DNA from: Malacoraja senta | Lineage: Eukaryota | Reading direction: 5' to 3' | Length of the DNA: 64,000 nucleotides | Assembly: GCA_038087875.1 (NCBI GenBank) | Contig: CM075990.1 | Coordinates: 14,014,001 to 14,078,000 of the forward strand | In this document: in pieces, positions 25,232 through 38,741 of the stretch | Numbering within the stretch: position 1 is the stretch's first letter | Layout of the letters: each line of letters begins with the position of its first letter | Program-made: the position numbers and the translations under genes | Notes under the pieces: generated by a model | Seen by the model: only the letters and a program-made list of their open reading frames with translations | Databases searched by the model: none | Told to the model about the DNA's origin: nothing

Positions 25232-25907
25232 GAATCCAGCTCAGCAGTTCTCTATGACCAACCCTGACACAATGGGCAGAATGGCCTCGCTCTATTAATT
25301 TGCAAACTTTCAATGATCAGAATCACAGAATCAAAGAGCAGTGTAATACACTCTCTGGCCCATCACGTTCATGTTGATAATAAGCACATACATAGCTCTG
25401 CTTCCTCATCCCATTCCTGAACATTCATCCCCAAACCAAGTGTGATGCCTCCCGTGCAGCATAGAGAGACCACCACTCGTAGAGATGCTGTTTCCCAGAT
25501 GAACCAATAACCACGAATCCATCTGCGCTCTCAGATAAAATGTAAAGTAACTGGGTCACAATTAAGAGAATTCTCCTGGTGTTGTGGCCAACACCGACCA
25601 AGATGATCTGGTCAGTTATTCCCCAGTGTCCTGCTGGATATTCCTCCTTCAACCAAGAACTGCGACTATTCAATGAATGGATAATTGAGTACAGTACGTG
25701 CAAATCATTGCTGCGATTCCTACCACTGAGGTACATCATGGGCTGTGAAACACTTTGGGAAGTCCTATCAGGAAAGGCAAAAGGCGTTGTAGGAATGCAA
25801 ATCCTTCCTCTACAAAGGCTAGGAAGGAGAACCCTATCTTCAGAGTGGTCTGGTTGGTTGATAGACTTTAGGAATTGGATAGTGAGAGCTGGAGGGTCAC
25901 CAGGTAT

Positions 25908-25912
25908 AGTGT

Positions 25913-25955
<43 letters not shown>

Positions 25956-25964
25956 GGGGGGGGG
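25908..25964. repeat. (GT)n microsatellite followed by a G run
   Basis: Seen directly. Confidence 0.95.
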
Positions 25965-25998
25965 TGCTGGCTGGATATCCAGACAGATGTTCTCATGA

Positions 25999-26101
25999 GG
26001 TACACAAAAATGCTGGAGAAACTCAGCGGGTGCAGCAGCATCTATGGAGCGAAGGAAATAGGTAACGTTTCGGGCCGAAACCCTTCTTCAGACCTGCCCT
26101 C
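25999..26101 (-). mobile_element. PLE arm variant A with 15-bp TSD
   Basis: CAGATGTTCTCATGA at 25984-25998 and 26102-26116. It sits in a degenerate ~36-bp cagatgttc minisatellite extending to about 26262. Confidence 0.85.
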
Positions 26102-27282
26102 CAGATGTTCTCATGATGTCTGAAGGGGAGAGTCAGGCAGATGTGTTCGAGTTAAGTGAGGGGCTAAATAGTCATGCAGATGTTCTCAGGATGTGGGAAG
26201 GAGAAAGTAGACAGATGTTCTCAGGAGGTGCGAGGGGGTTGGTCAGGCAGATGTTCCTGAGACGTGTGATGGGGGGGGGGGGGGGGGTAGTCATTCTATA
26301 AAACGACTGAGTTCAAAACAAAGCATCTAAAAACGGAAACATCTGTAAATAAAAAAAGCAAAGGGAAGCGGGTGGGGTGTAGAAGTGGGAGGTGGAGGTG
26401 TGCATGCCCCCAATTATTGCTGGATAGATCCATGAACAAATATTCCACCCGACTGTAGGTGATTGAAACTCAGAGCCCTTCCCACTGAGTAGCCGCTACT
26501 TAGTGGGGGACTAGCCTTTGCTCAGCCCACAGGCTACCTCCATCTCTCACGCTGTACTTAAACCAGACCAACGCGGACTGTCCGTTCCCCCTGACTGAAT
26601 TCACAACTAAAAGCTAATTTTACCTGTCCGAGGTCCCTTGGCTCCTGGGCATCGGTCACTGATGCTGGGCGCTGAGAAATCCCCTTCAAGTCCTGTGCAG
26701 GAGCTTGTTATGTCAGCTCGCCTAGAGCTGCCGACTCCGGGCTAGATGTCGGTATCTCCCTGCCAGTGATGGTAGCGGAGGTGGAGGGGGGAGCAGGGTT
26801 GGGAGGGGAGGGGAGGGGGTACGGGAAAGGCAGGTCGGTGGCTGCTCGCAGACTCTCTCTAACAAACGTCTCAGGGTGTGACACAGCCCGGGTTATACCA
26901 TCTGAAGAAAGCTGCCTGCATGAAAATCCCCCAAAACCGAAGACCAGCCAAGCGAGATGAAGAAGCACATTTAGCCGTTTAGTCAAATTTGAATCAGCTG
27001 AATCACTCTGCCAGCTTCCGTGGCGATCAAAGCTGTGGCGTGCAACTAAGCAGCAATCTGCTTTCGCAGCGAGAATTGTTAACTGCCCAGCAGCAGATAC
27101 AACTAAACATTCAGAAAGCTATATATAGTCACAGTGGAGTATGTGTGAAAGAGGGAGCAAGTCATTCAGAAACAATCACAAGGTGATGATCAAAACAGGG
27201 CGCCCGATGGTTAATGGTTTAGAAAGGTGGTTCCCAGGAATAATCTTGAGAGGAATAGGCAGGGGAGTGGACAAAATCAAAT

Positions 27283-27640
27283 GTACAAAATCATGAGAGG
27301 GATAGATTGGGTAGATCCACAGAGCCTCTAGCCCAGAGTAGAGGAATCGATTCGAGGACATAGGTTTAAGGTGAAGGGGAAAAGATTTAATTGGAATCTG
27401 AGGGGTGACTTTTTCACACAAAGGATGGTGGGTGTATGGAACAAGCTGTCAGGGGAGGTAGTTGAGGCTGGGACTATCCCAACGTTTAAGAAACAGTTAG
27501 ACAGGTACATGGATAGGACAGATTTGGAGAGATGTGGACCAAATGTGGGCAGGTGGGACGAGTGTAGCTGGGACATGTTGGCAAGTGTGGGCGAGTTGGG
27601 CCGAGGAGCCTGATTCCATGCTGTATCACTCTATGACTCT
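27283..27640 (+). mobile_element. CR1 LINE 3' end
   Basis: ORF 27371-27613 LRGDFFTQRMVGVWNKLSGEVVEAGTIPTFKKQLDRYM; ctatgact tail. Confidence 0.88.
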
Positions 27641-27708
27641 AAGCGGGTCATTTATTTCCGGAGTCGTAACTGGCCAGCTGTGGTCACAGACGCAAGAGAC
27701 CACAGATC

Positions 27709-27994
27709 GGTCACGGTGGCGCAGCGGTAGAGTTGCTGCCTTGAAGCGAATGCAGCGCTGGAGACCCGGGTTCGATCCTGACTATGGGCGCTGTCTGTAC
27801 AGAGTTTGTACCTTCTCCCCGTGACTTGCATGGGTTTTCTCCGAGATCTTCGGTTTCCTCCCACACTCCAAAGACGTACAGGATTGTAGGTTAATTGGCT
27901 TGGTGAATGTAAAAACTGTCCCTAGTGGGTGTAGGACAGACCCACCAAAGAGCATGTTTCCACGCTGTATCTCTAATTAAACTAAACTAAACTA
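27709..27994 (+). mobile_element. HE1/V-SINE-like SINE, near full length
   Basis: ggtcacggtggcgcagcggtagag head, GGTTCGATCC, V-domain, (ctaaa)n tail. Confidence 0.9.
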
Positions 27995-28299
27995 AAAGAT
28001 AGCAGGAATCTGGAGCAAACTGCTAGAGAAATTCAAAAAAAGACACAAAGTGCTGGAGCAACTGAGTGGGTCAGGCAGCATCTGTGGAGGTTGAGGGATT
28101 GAGCATCTGAGGAGTGCTCGTCTCAATAGACAATAGACAATAGGTGCAGGAATAGGCCGTTTGGCCCTTCGAGCCAGCACCACCATTCAATGTGATCATG
28201 GCTGATCGTCCCCAGTCAGTACCCCGTTCCTGCCTTCTCCCCATATCCCAGTGATGATCCCATCTCCAATGTTCCCCCTCCTCTCAGACCACCCATGTC

Positions 28300-28447
28300 G
28301 GTCTTCTCCCCTCTCTGGGTCTTTCTATTTCCAACTGCTGAAGCGACATCAACCATCTTGACTTCTCTACCCCCCCTCAGACACTCCAACCTCACCCCCT
28401 CTGAACGCACAGCCCTCTATTCACTTAGCAGCAATCCCAACATTTAT
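28300..28447 (+). mobile_element. PLE ORF fragment from upstream of the RT domain
   Basis: My translation: SISNC*SDINHLDFSTPLRHSNLTPSERTALYSLSSNPNI, the SNL..SER.AL..L..N segment that precedes ADKG in PLEs. Confidence 0.65.
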
Positions 28448-28697
28448 CTTTGTTCCGACAAATAAGAAGTCTCACCAGCACTTGCAACACACTAAACGGT
28501 TGGTCCCCGCGTTTGTTAACAGGAAACTAGAAACATAGAAAATATGTGCAAGAGTAGGTCATTTGGCCCTTCGATCAATCTGATCATGGCTGATCATCCA
28601 AAGTCAGCACCCCGTTCCTGCTCCCTCCCCACAAGCCTTGATACTGTTAGCCCTAACCTCAGTGACAATGAGAGAGGGGATTCCCCACGTAATAAAA

Positions 28698-28906
28698 CTG
28701 TTCAAGAAGGAACTGCAGATGCTGGAAAATCGAAGGTAGACAAAAGTGCTGGAGAAACTCAGCAGGTGCAGCAGCATCTATGGAGCGAAGGAGATAGGCA
28801 ATGTTTCGGGCCGAAGCGTTCACAACGTCTGAAGAAGGGTTTCGGCCTGAAACGTTGCCTATTTCCTTCGCTCCATAGATGCTGCCGCACCCGCTGAGTT
28901 TCTCCA
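28698..28906. mobile_element. Palindromic PLE arm pair, variant A
   Basis: Inverted arms around about 28820; GTAATAAAA at 28689-28697 and 28907-28915. Confidence 0.85.
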
Positions 28907-29736
28907 GTAATAAAAACATGTGTTGCTGTCAGCAGTAACTATAGCACATGCTGCAACGAACCAGTGCCTGACATGAAAGGCAATACAAGTGGCTGCCTTC
29001 GGGGCTAAATGCACAAGAGAATCATGTACAAACAAGGCTGGAATGGATGCGTAAAAGCCATTCGAGGATCAGTCCCTGATCTGTCCATGCAACATTTCTT
29101 TCTGCGCTAAATGACACTTTGGGTAAATCAGTGCAATGCAAACCATCTGAAGGAAACGATTACAGCTGACAACATTTCTGGGTGGTGGAACCTGACGCTC
29201 AGACTGAGCCCTGTGAACAGAGACTTTAATAGATCCAACGAAGCAGTTTAAAAACAAAACAAGCTTCTGACTTGCCAAGTTTAATCTGTGGCACCCATCA
29301 ATCCCATTCACTGACTCGGGAGTCACAGGGTGGTTAATTGATGAGAAATAGATTAGTAGTAAGCCGAGAAGTGTTATCACCAAGTCAACGACAGAAAAAA
29401 CTTGCATTTATCTCAGGTCTCTCTGAATCTTAGATTAATGGTCTCTGGCCAAATCTTTGCACCATAAGCTATTTAATCATTTGTTCAGCTGTTGAATCCA
29501 AAATAGGAAGCACAGAGCAGAAAGGATTAGTTTTTAAACCTATAATCATTTACAACGGAAGGGAGACTACAAATTCACAGACACACAGAAACAGGTACAA
29601 AACCACACACATACACATGCGCATATGCTAAAATATATATACAAAGCTACGCACAAAAACCCACACAACACAATACATACATGGAAACACACATACATGC
29701 ACATATGCACACAGAAATACATCCATACTAACATCC

Positions 29737-29968
29737 ATTTCTCACAGAGAGTGGTTAGTCTGTGGAATTCTCTGCCTCAGAGGGCGGTGGAGGCAGAGAA
29801 CTCTGGATGCTTTCAAGAGAGAACTAGATAGGGCTCTTAAAGATAGCGGAGTCAGGGATATTGGGTGTACTGATTGGGGATGATCAGCCATGATCACATT
29901 GAATGGCGGTGCTGGCTCGAAGGGCCGAATGGCCTGCTCCTGCACCTATTGTCTATTGTCCATTGTCT
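29737..29968 (+). mobile_element. CR1 3' end inside CA-rich low-complexity DNA (29575-30190)
   Basis: FSQRVVSLWNSLPQRAVEA; (ctattgt)n tail. Confidence 0.85.
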
Positions 29969-31275
29969 AACATATCGAGACACACAAACTTTTCTGACAC
30001 ACACACTTTCAGATACATACCCTCAAACAGTCATAAATAAATACACACAGAAACACACATAATACAGACACAAACATAGATGCATATGCACACAGCCACA
30101 GCCATGCACCCATACATACACACAGAGAACAGATCCACGAGCACACAGGTCTACACACACAGACACGCATGGACAAATGAACAAATGAACAAACATTTTT
30201 TAACTCACATGACTGACTAGCTTGACGTCACATCCAGCAGCCAACACCTCTGGATACTACAACCCACCCTCCGCACATCAGTGGAAGGAGGGGAACTAGA
30301 CCTATCCAGCACCTGTGCATATTGGAAATTGCAGGCAATGACATCAGGACATTTCCAGCCATAGATGAGTGCGCTGAACAAGTCCCTCTCACAAATTGTT
30401 CTGTTGCACTAATGTTCTTATAATCGGGTTCAGATGTTGCGTGAATTCTCCTGTGGTAACTGAGCACTGGCATCATACTCTTCTGTGCCACGTTGCTTCA
30501 GTTCTGATTCTCTCCTCAGGAGAAGACAGTAATCAAACGGATCAAAATGCCCCACAGCCTGGACAGAACTGATGTTCTGCTTGCAATTTAGACGCCAGGA
30601 GATTGGTGCCCAGGATAGGTACCTAGATCGGAAAGACATAGAGGGATATGGAACTGATTCAGGCATATAGGATCAGTGTTGATAAGCATGATGGTTAGTG
30701 TGGACAAGATGGGCCGAAAGGGTCTGTTGCTGTGTTGAATGACTCTACGACTCTATGCCACTTGAAAGTGCTGTTGTGTGCAGGTCTCTTCGCCCAAGGT
30801 CAAACTCACAGACACAATGAGAACAGATTTATCAGTGGCAGATCCTCAGAACTTCCACTGAGTGCAGGGCTCTGTATAATATGTGGTTATTGTAAATCAT
30901 GTTTGATTTATTTTGTGCACATTGTTTAACATCAAATTGAGGGAAAGTAGCATTTTCCATGCCGATCCCCATGACAGCCAACACACAGTGCAAGGTGAAG
31001 TTCAGCTCATGTTTTATGCGGTGCGTGTCGTGTCTGACTCTAATGTACCCTGACAGTTTTTATGTCTGTGCATTAGATAGCAGCCTTGCTTCAGTCAGAT
31101 GCACTCTCTTTCCCTGAGTCAGCAGGTCGGTCATGAGTTCATGTTCCCTTCCAGACACTTGAGCAGATGAGACTTGGCTGGTGCAGCCCGTGCCACACCA
31201 AGAGAGTGCTGTGTTACCTGGTGTACCAGTTCTCAACAAGACACAAATTCCAAGCTCTCTCTGACCTTAAATGTA

Positions 31276-32185
31276 TTTTACAATACATTGGTGGGACCGC
31301 ACTCGGAATATTGTGTACAGATTTGGTTAGCCCGCTGTAGAACAAATGCCATTAAGCTGGAAAGAGTGCAGAAACGGTTTACAAGGATGTTACCAGGACT
31401 TAAGTGCCTGAGCTATTGGGAGAGGTTGGACAAACTAGGACTTTATTTCTTGGAGCGCAGGAGGATGAGGGGTGATCTTATAGAGGTGTATAAATTCATG
31501 AGGGGCATAGATAAGGTTTTTCCAGCCTTTTTCCCAGGGTTCGGAAATCAAGAACGGGAGGATATCGGTTTAAAGTGAGAGTGGACAACTGTAACACAAG
31601 ATTACAATTGCCTCACTCAACACCTTGACTGATGAAGGCCAATATACTGAAACCCTCTCTATCTGAGACATCAAAGAACTATGTACCTCTCTCTGCTCTA
31701 CAACACTCCCCAGAACCCTGCCATTCACTGTGAAGGTCCTGGCCTTGTTTGGTTTCTCAAAATGCAACACCTCGCACTTATCTGCGTTAAACGGCATTAA
31801 CCATTACTCAGCCCACGCGCCCAAGTGTTCCAGATCCTGCTGTAATTTTTGATAACCATCTTCACATATCTACAACAACACCCACTTTGGTGTCATTTGC
31901 AAACTTACTTCTCATTTTTCATACCACTGGACTCTGACTTCTGCGGCCGAGAGGGTGGGGTTGTTACAGTGCAACAGCTTCTCCACCTTAAACTCATTCA
32001 CGCACAGGTATTTGTGCAAAAAATAAAAAATAAATCCGCCATCGTCGTTACCGACGGGCCACCACCATCCAATAATGCCTTCTGCTTTCTCATCCAAATT
32101 GTTGATATAAACTACAGACAGCGATGTGTTGAGCACTGATTCCTGATCCATGAGGCACACCACTAATCACAGGCCTCCAGTCCGA
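31276..32185. mobile_element. CR1 fragment with an internal inversion
   Basis: + piece 31276-31580 (PHSEYCVQIW...LERVQKRFTRMLPGL) abuts a - piece 31582-32185 (MPFNADKCEVLHF) that encodes the preceding part of the ORF. Confidence 0.75.
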
Positions 32186-32216
32186 AACTTGTGGAACCTT
32201 TGGGTTAAAGACAGGT

Positions 32217-32583
32217 CATAAGCTCATAAGTGATAGGAGCAGAAATAGGCCATTTGGCCCATCAAGTCTACTTCCCCCATTCAATCATGGCTATCTATCT
32301 TTCCCTCTCAGGCCCCTTCTCCTGCCTTCTCCCCATAACCTTTGACACCCGTACTAATCACAAATCTATCAATCTCTGCTTTAAAAATATCCATTGACGG
32401 CCTCCACAGCCTTCTGTGGCAATGAATTCCACAGATTCACCACCCTCTGACTAAAGAAATTCCTCCTCATCTCCCTTCCTTGAGGACTGTCCTTTTATTC
32501 TGAGGCTGTGACCTCTGGTCCTAGACTCTCCCACTAGTGGAAACATCCTCTCCACATCCATTCTATCCAGGCCTTTCACTATT
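32217..32583 (-). mobile_element. CR1 LINE 3' end
   Basis: Closely similar to 13471-13880. Confidence 0.88.
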
Positions 32584-34306
32584 CCACTTCCACTGGAGCC
32601 CTTATGTACCCTAAAAGACCAGTCCCCTGCTCACAGGAAGATGATTGAGGGCAGTTTCAAATATCCAGCATGTCAGGAGCCAAGGTTGTCGGGCGCGAGA
32701 CTTTCAACCTGTAGATCTAATTTGTTTGGACATTTGATATTCCATTTAACAATTATTTGCAATGTTAGGAAGCTGACAATTTATCATCTGTCTAGGTGTG
32801 GAATATGTTATCGCATCATAAAACAGACCAGGATCAAAGAATGGAGCAAAATAATGCGATTTACATAATTTCCTCTAGCAAGCAGAGCAGTGTTACTACC
32901 TGCAGCGACAGATATTATAATTGTGGCGCAGAGATTCCCAGACTGCAGAGATAAGTTATTCAACTCACTTAATAACCCAGCCCTCAGTGATGACCAGCTT
33001 GCAGTGGCGATGTACATGTTGAAATCTATCTTCCTGCTTCCAGCTCCGGACTGTTGTCTCATCTGTCCACTGTGTAAGTGGAAGCCATCCATCAGTTCCC
33101 AACGCCCCCACTCACCCCCGTTGCCGTTAACCAAGCCCTCCCCCCCTCGCCCCCTCCCCCCCCCCCCCCCCGACCCTCCACAAATCCCTGACCACGCAGG
33201 CGACAAAATACATCGAGATCCTGCATTTGGAAGAGAGCAGGGACAGAAGAATGGAAATGGAACAGAGAGCGACGGAAGGGAAATTAACTCCGCAATCTGA
33301 TGTGGCCTGCGGCATGGTCTCTCATCATTAACCATCCGTTGATCCCAGCACGGTCAGATGAGATCGCTGCTCATCTGAGACGCGGCTTAAAGGGAGGTTT
33401 TCAGATTATGATGCAGAAGCGTGCTGTTACGTGGTAATGCGCTTCGCTCACTTCATCCCCTGTGACTGTGCGCCAGGTTAGAAGCTTAACATCGGCCTTC
33501 CCAGGTATTAGCCTCTTCTGCCTCACATTCATAGAGAGATACAGCATGGAAACAGGACCCTGGACAACTGAGTCCATGTCGACCATTAAGCATCTATTGA
33601 CACCAATCCTTCACTAATCTTGTTTTATTCTCTCACATTCCCCATCAAACCCTTGATTCTTCCACTCACCTACAAGTAATGGGCAATGCACAGTAACAAT
33701 TTGTCATGTTCATAAGTTATAGGAGAGGAATTAGGCCATTCGGCCCATCAAGTCTACTCTGCCATTCAATGATGGCTGAGCTATCTTCCCCTCTCAACGC
33801 CATTCTCCTGCAAAGAGTTAAATATTCCCTTTACCCATCAAAATGTGGTGAATACATGACCCGAGGAGGTCTCCCCCTCAGTGATTACACACTCAACCCC
33901 ATCTTGATGGTGACAAAAAATTTGATCAAATCCTAGCATTTAGCCTTCCCATAGTTACTCCAACGTTGACCCTGTTGTGATTTGGAGCCTTTGCCATGCA
34001 GCTTATGTAACCTGGGGGTCCATTCCTTGGCAGAGTGACCAACTTGTTGACTTGCCTGCACAACGGTCCCAGTACCTAGAGTAGTTTGAGTTTCACGGAC
34101 TGTTCTTTGCTTTTAACCCAACATGCCTGAAGCAGATTGCAGGGTTGCGTGTTAGTAAGCTTATATTCTTAATTGTGCGTATCATCACACAGTAACAGAG
34201 GAGTTCTGTTATCAGAACGGAAGAGGAACACAATTTGACACAGCTAGACTGAGGAACATTATGTGGGGCCATTAAAATTGAGCCAGAACAGTGGTGTAGT
34301 TAATAG

Positions 34307-34417
34307 TGTTCAAGAAGGAACTGCAGATGCTGGAAAATCGAAGATGGACAAAAATGCTGGAGAAACTATGGAGCGAAGGAAATAGGCAACGTTTCGGGCT
34401 GAAACCCTTCTTCAGCA
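34307..34417 (-). mobile_element. PLE arm variant A inserted into the head of an HE1-like SINE (about 34288-34690)
   Basis: TSD TAGTTAATAG at 34297-34306 and 34418-34427. Confidence 0.85.
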
Positions 34418-35656
34418 TAGTTAATAGATCTACTTCCTCAGAGTGCTGGATATCTGGATTCAATCCTGAGTTCGGATGCTGCCTTTGTGGAGTTTGCACG
34501 GCCTCCCTGTGACCTGGTGGTTTTCCACCGGGTGCTCCGGTTTCTTCCCACATCCCAACATGCGGTTACAGGTTAATTGGCCCTAATGTGTAGGAAGTGC
34601 ACACATGTGAACGGATGATCGATGGTCAGCATGGACTCATTGGGCTGAAGGGCCTCCTTCCATGCTATATATTTCAATTCAATCAATCCATCAGAAACGG
34701 TGAGACACATAGAGGACACCAGTGAAGGAATCACGGTGGATGTGCAACCGAGCAGGACTCCTCTGCTGCAGAAGGCAGTGGAGGCCAATTCACTGGATGT
34801 TTTCGAGAGTTAGATTTAGCTCTTGGGGCTAACGGAATCAAGGGATATGGGGAGAAAGCAGGAACGGGGTACTGATTTAGGATGATCAGCCATGATCATA
34901 TTGAATGGTGGTGCGGGCTCGAGGGACAGAATGCCCTACTCCTGCACCTAATTTCTATGTTTCTATGTCTTGGGGACTGTTTGTAGCAAACTTCTACAGA
35001 CTGTGTACGAGCATATTTCTGATGTTTGCTTTCCAAATTCTGAACAGCATCATTAGATGTGATAGTCCGTCTGGTTCGTGGAGACAGTTTGATTTCTCTG
35101 TTTAATATTTAAAATATTCATAGATTATGAGGCAGAACGGTGCAGTAAAAGTAATGTCCTTTCATCTCTGCCATCTGATATGTATCAGCCTTGACTGTGG
35201 GGATGAATATCTCTGTTCATTAATAAATGACAGGCTCGGATAGGAAATTATTCTGGGCGGTCCTATTCCTGCTTCTAGTAGGATGAGGGGTTGATTTATC
35301 ATAAGAGCACTCTGCTGATTGAGCGGAGATATTGCGTGAATAAGGGATTGGAAATTCACCCTCGTGTGTGCACAAGAAAACAACAGCAACATTGTCCAAG
35401 TGTAAGACCAAATCTGCTATTTACAAATGCCCCTGAAGTTCCACACATAAAGAAATATGTTCACAAACATGACAAAGCATCTTACAGCTAATTTTGCAGC
35501 AATTGTGTTGTGCAGGACATCCAAGCTCCCATTAATGGCAACGTGACTACTTTCCTTTCTGACGTTAATTGAGCCTTTTACATTTGGAATCATGTTTCTT
35601 CTGCTTTTCGGAATAGTGTTTTTTTTTAATATTCACCCGAAAGTACGTGTCTGGGA

Positions 35657-35963
35657 TGTGTAGGTAGGAACTGCAGATGCTGGTTTAAACCAAAGATAGA
35701 CGCAAAATGCTGGACTAACTCAGCGGGACAGGCAGCATCTCTGGAGAGAAGGAATGGGTGATGTCTCGGGTCGAGACCCTTCTTCAGACTGAAGATCCTG
35801 GAGTGCTGGGGGAACTCGGTAAGTCAGGCAGCATCTGAGGAGGGAATGGACTTCAGGTTGGGATCCATTTTGGGCATAGAAGGATCCTGACCTGAAACGT
35901 TGTCCATCCATTCCTTCCACAGATGCTGCCTAACCTGTTGAGTTCCTCCAGCACTTTGTGTTT
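35657..35963. mobile_element. Cluster of PLE arms (variant B, then a variant C palindrome)
   Basis: Arm homology; cccttcttcagactgaaga junction. Confidence 0.8.
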
Positions 35964-35983
35964 TCCACCTTGGGTAAAATTAA

Positions 35984-36972
<989 letters not shown>

Positions 36973-37183
36973 TTAGGCCTCTTCTGTGCCTCATGCTGTC
37001 CTGTAAGGGCCCTCGGTTACACAGTTTGATGGAAGTTGTATTGCCCTCAACTACTTCAACATGGGTGGCACAGTGGTGCAGCTCATAGAGCTGGTGTCTC
37101 AGAGCAACACAGATCCGGTTTGATTCTGACCTTGGGTACTGCCTGTGTGAAGTTTGCACGTTCTCCCTGTGACCATGTGGGTC

Positions 37184-37684
37184 TACCATCGGAGCCGATT
37201 CCTTGCCTGGGATCGACGCTCCAACCCCGACCTGCAGACTTTAACATCAAGAAGCTCGCAGTCTCGGGTAAGAGACCGACGTGGGGAAACTCCAAAAGCA
37301 GCACAACGTTCGACTTGCCCCGACCCGGGGTAGATCGGCCGGCACGGGGGGAGCTGAGATTCCCCCCCGATGCAGGAATCTCGCTCCGACGAGGAGGGAG
37401 TAAGATTGTCTTGATTGCCTCGCCGGCTACGGGAGCAAGATCGTCCCGTCAACGGGAGGTTAGAGGCCCCCCGACCGCTGGAGGACAAAGAAGGGAGAGA
37501 TTGAACTTTTTTTCGCCTTCCAACCCAGTGAGGAATGTGGAGGAGTCACTGTGGTGGATGTTTATGTTAAAATGTATCTTGTGTGTTCTGTTGCTTTTTA
37601 TTGGTATGACTATGGCAAATCAAATTCCTCGTATGTTGCAAAAACATACTTGGCTAATAAAGTATGATTATGATTGTCATGATT
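37184..37684 (+). mobile_element. Unclassified GC-rich retroposon nested in an HE1-like SINE (37063-37820)
   Basis: Homologous to 17826-18250; aataaa and (atgatt)n tail; SINE halves on both sides. Confidence 0.78.
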
Positions 37685-38169
37685 AAATTGTTCCCTCTGT
37701 GTAGCAGGTGGTGATAAAGTGGGATAATGTAGAACAAGTGTGATCGGGTGATCGCTGGTCAGCGTTGGACTCAGTTGACCAAAGGGCCGATTTCCATGCT
37801 CCATCTCTAAACTAATCTAAAAAGCTTGGTTTAGTGACCGTTCCACAAGGCAGGGACCAGGGCAGAGGTGTCACACACTTTGTCTCCCACCACCCAGGGC
37901 TTCCACCAGCTCATGCTGTCATATGTCTCTGTCTCCAAATGATTCTCATAATCAGAGGTATTTAGAAGCTGTTGGATAAAGTAGCTTAAAATGCTAAAAA
38001 AAGAATACAACAAATATCTAAAAACAATTTCACATCTGACATAAATTAAAATATGTATAAAATAGTTTAAAAAATAAAACATGCATGTGTACGATATATA
38101 TGTGGGGTGCATGTCCTTGGATGTATGTGTCTATAAGTACAGATATGGAGGTGATGGCATATGTATATT

Positions 38170-38741
38170 TGTGTGTGTGAAAGATGTGTGTGTGTGAGAG
38201 GGATGCGTGTTTATGTGTGAGGTGTGTGTGAGTGTGTGTGTGTGGGGAGTGGTGTGTGTGTGTGTGTGTTGGGTCTGTGTGAGTGTGAGATGTGGGGGAG
38301 TGGTGTGTGTGTGTGTGTGTGTGTTGGGTCTGTGTGAGTGTGAGATGTGGGGGGAGTGGTGTGTGTGTGTGTGTGTGAGGAGTGGTGCAGGTGTGTGTTG
38401 GGTCTGTGTGAGTGTGAGATGTGCGTGTGAGGTGGAGGATGTGTGTGTGTGTGTGTTGGGTCTGTGTGAGTGTGAGATGTGTGTGTGAAAGAGATGCGTG
38501 TTTATGTGTGTGAGGTGTGTGTGAGTGTGTGTGTGGGGGGAGTGGTGTGTGTGTGTGGGGATTGGTGTGTGTGTGTTGGGTCTGTGTGAGTGTGAGATGT
38601 GCGTGTGTGAGGTGAAGGATGTGAGTGTGTGTGTGTGGGGAGTGAGTGTGTGTGTGTTGGGTCTGTGTGAGTGTGAGATGTGCGTGTGAGGTGGAGGATG
38701 TGGGTGTGAGTGCGTGTGTGTCTCTCTCTCTCTCTCTCTCT
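38170..38741. repeat. Compound TG-rich minisatellite
   Basis: Six copies of gtgttgggtctgtgtgagtgtgagatgtg separated by (GT)n, with a ~290-bp higher-order recurrence (gatgcgtgtttatgtgtg near 38202 and 38493); ends in (TC)n. Confidence 0.92.

Noticed and set aside
24968..25313. ORFs spanning X runs
   Set aside because: They cross the 200-N assembly gap.
37036..37686. 216-aa ORF
   Set aside because: Chimera of a SINE head and a GC-rich retroposon; no recognisable domain, and the homologous copy has indels.
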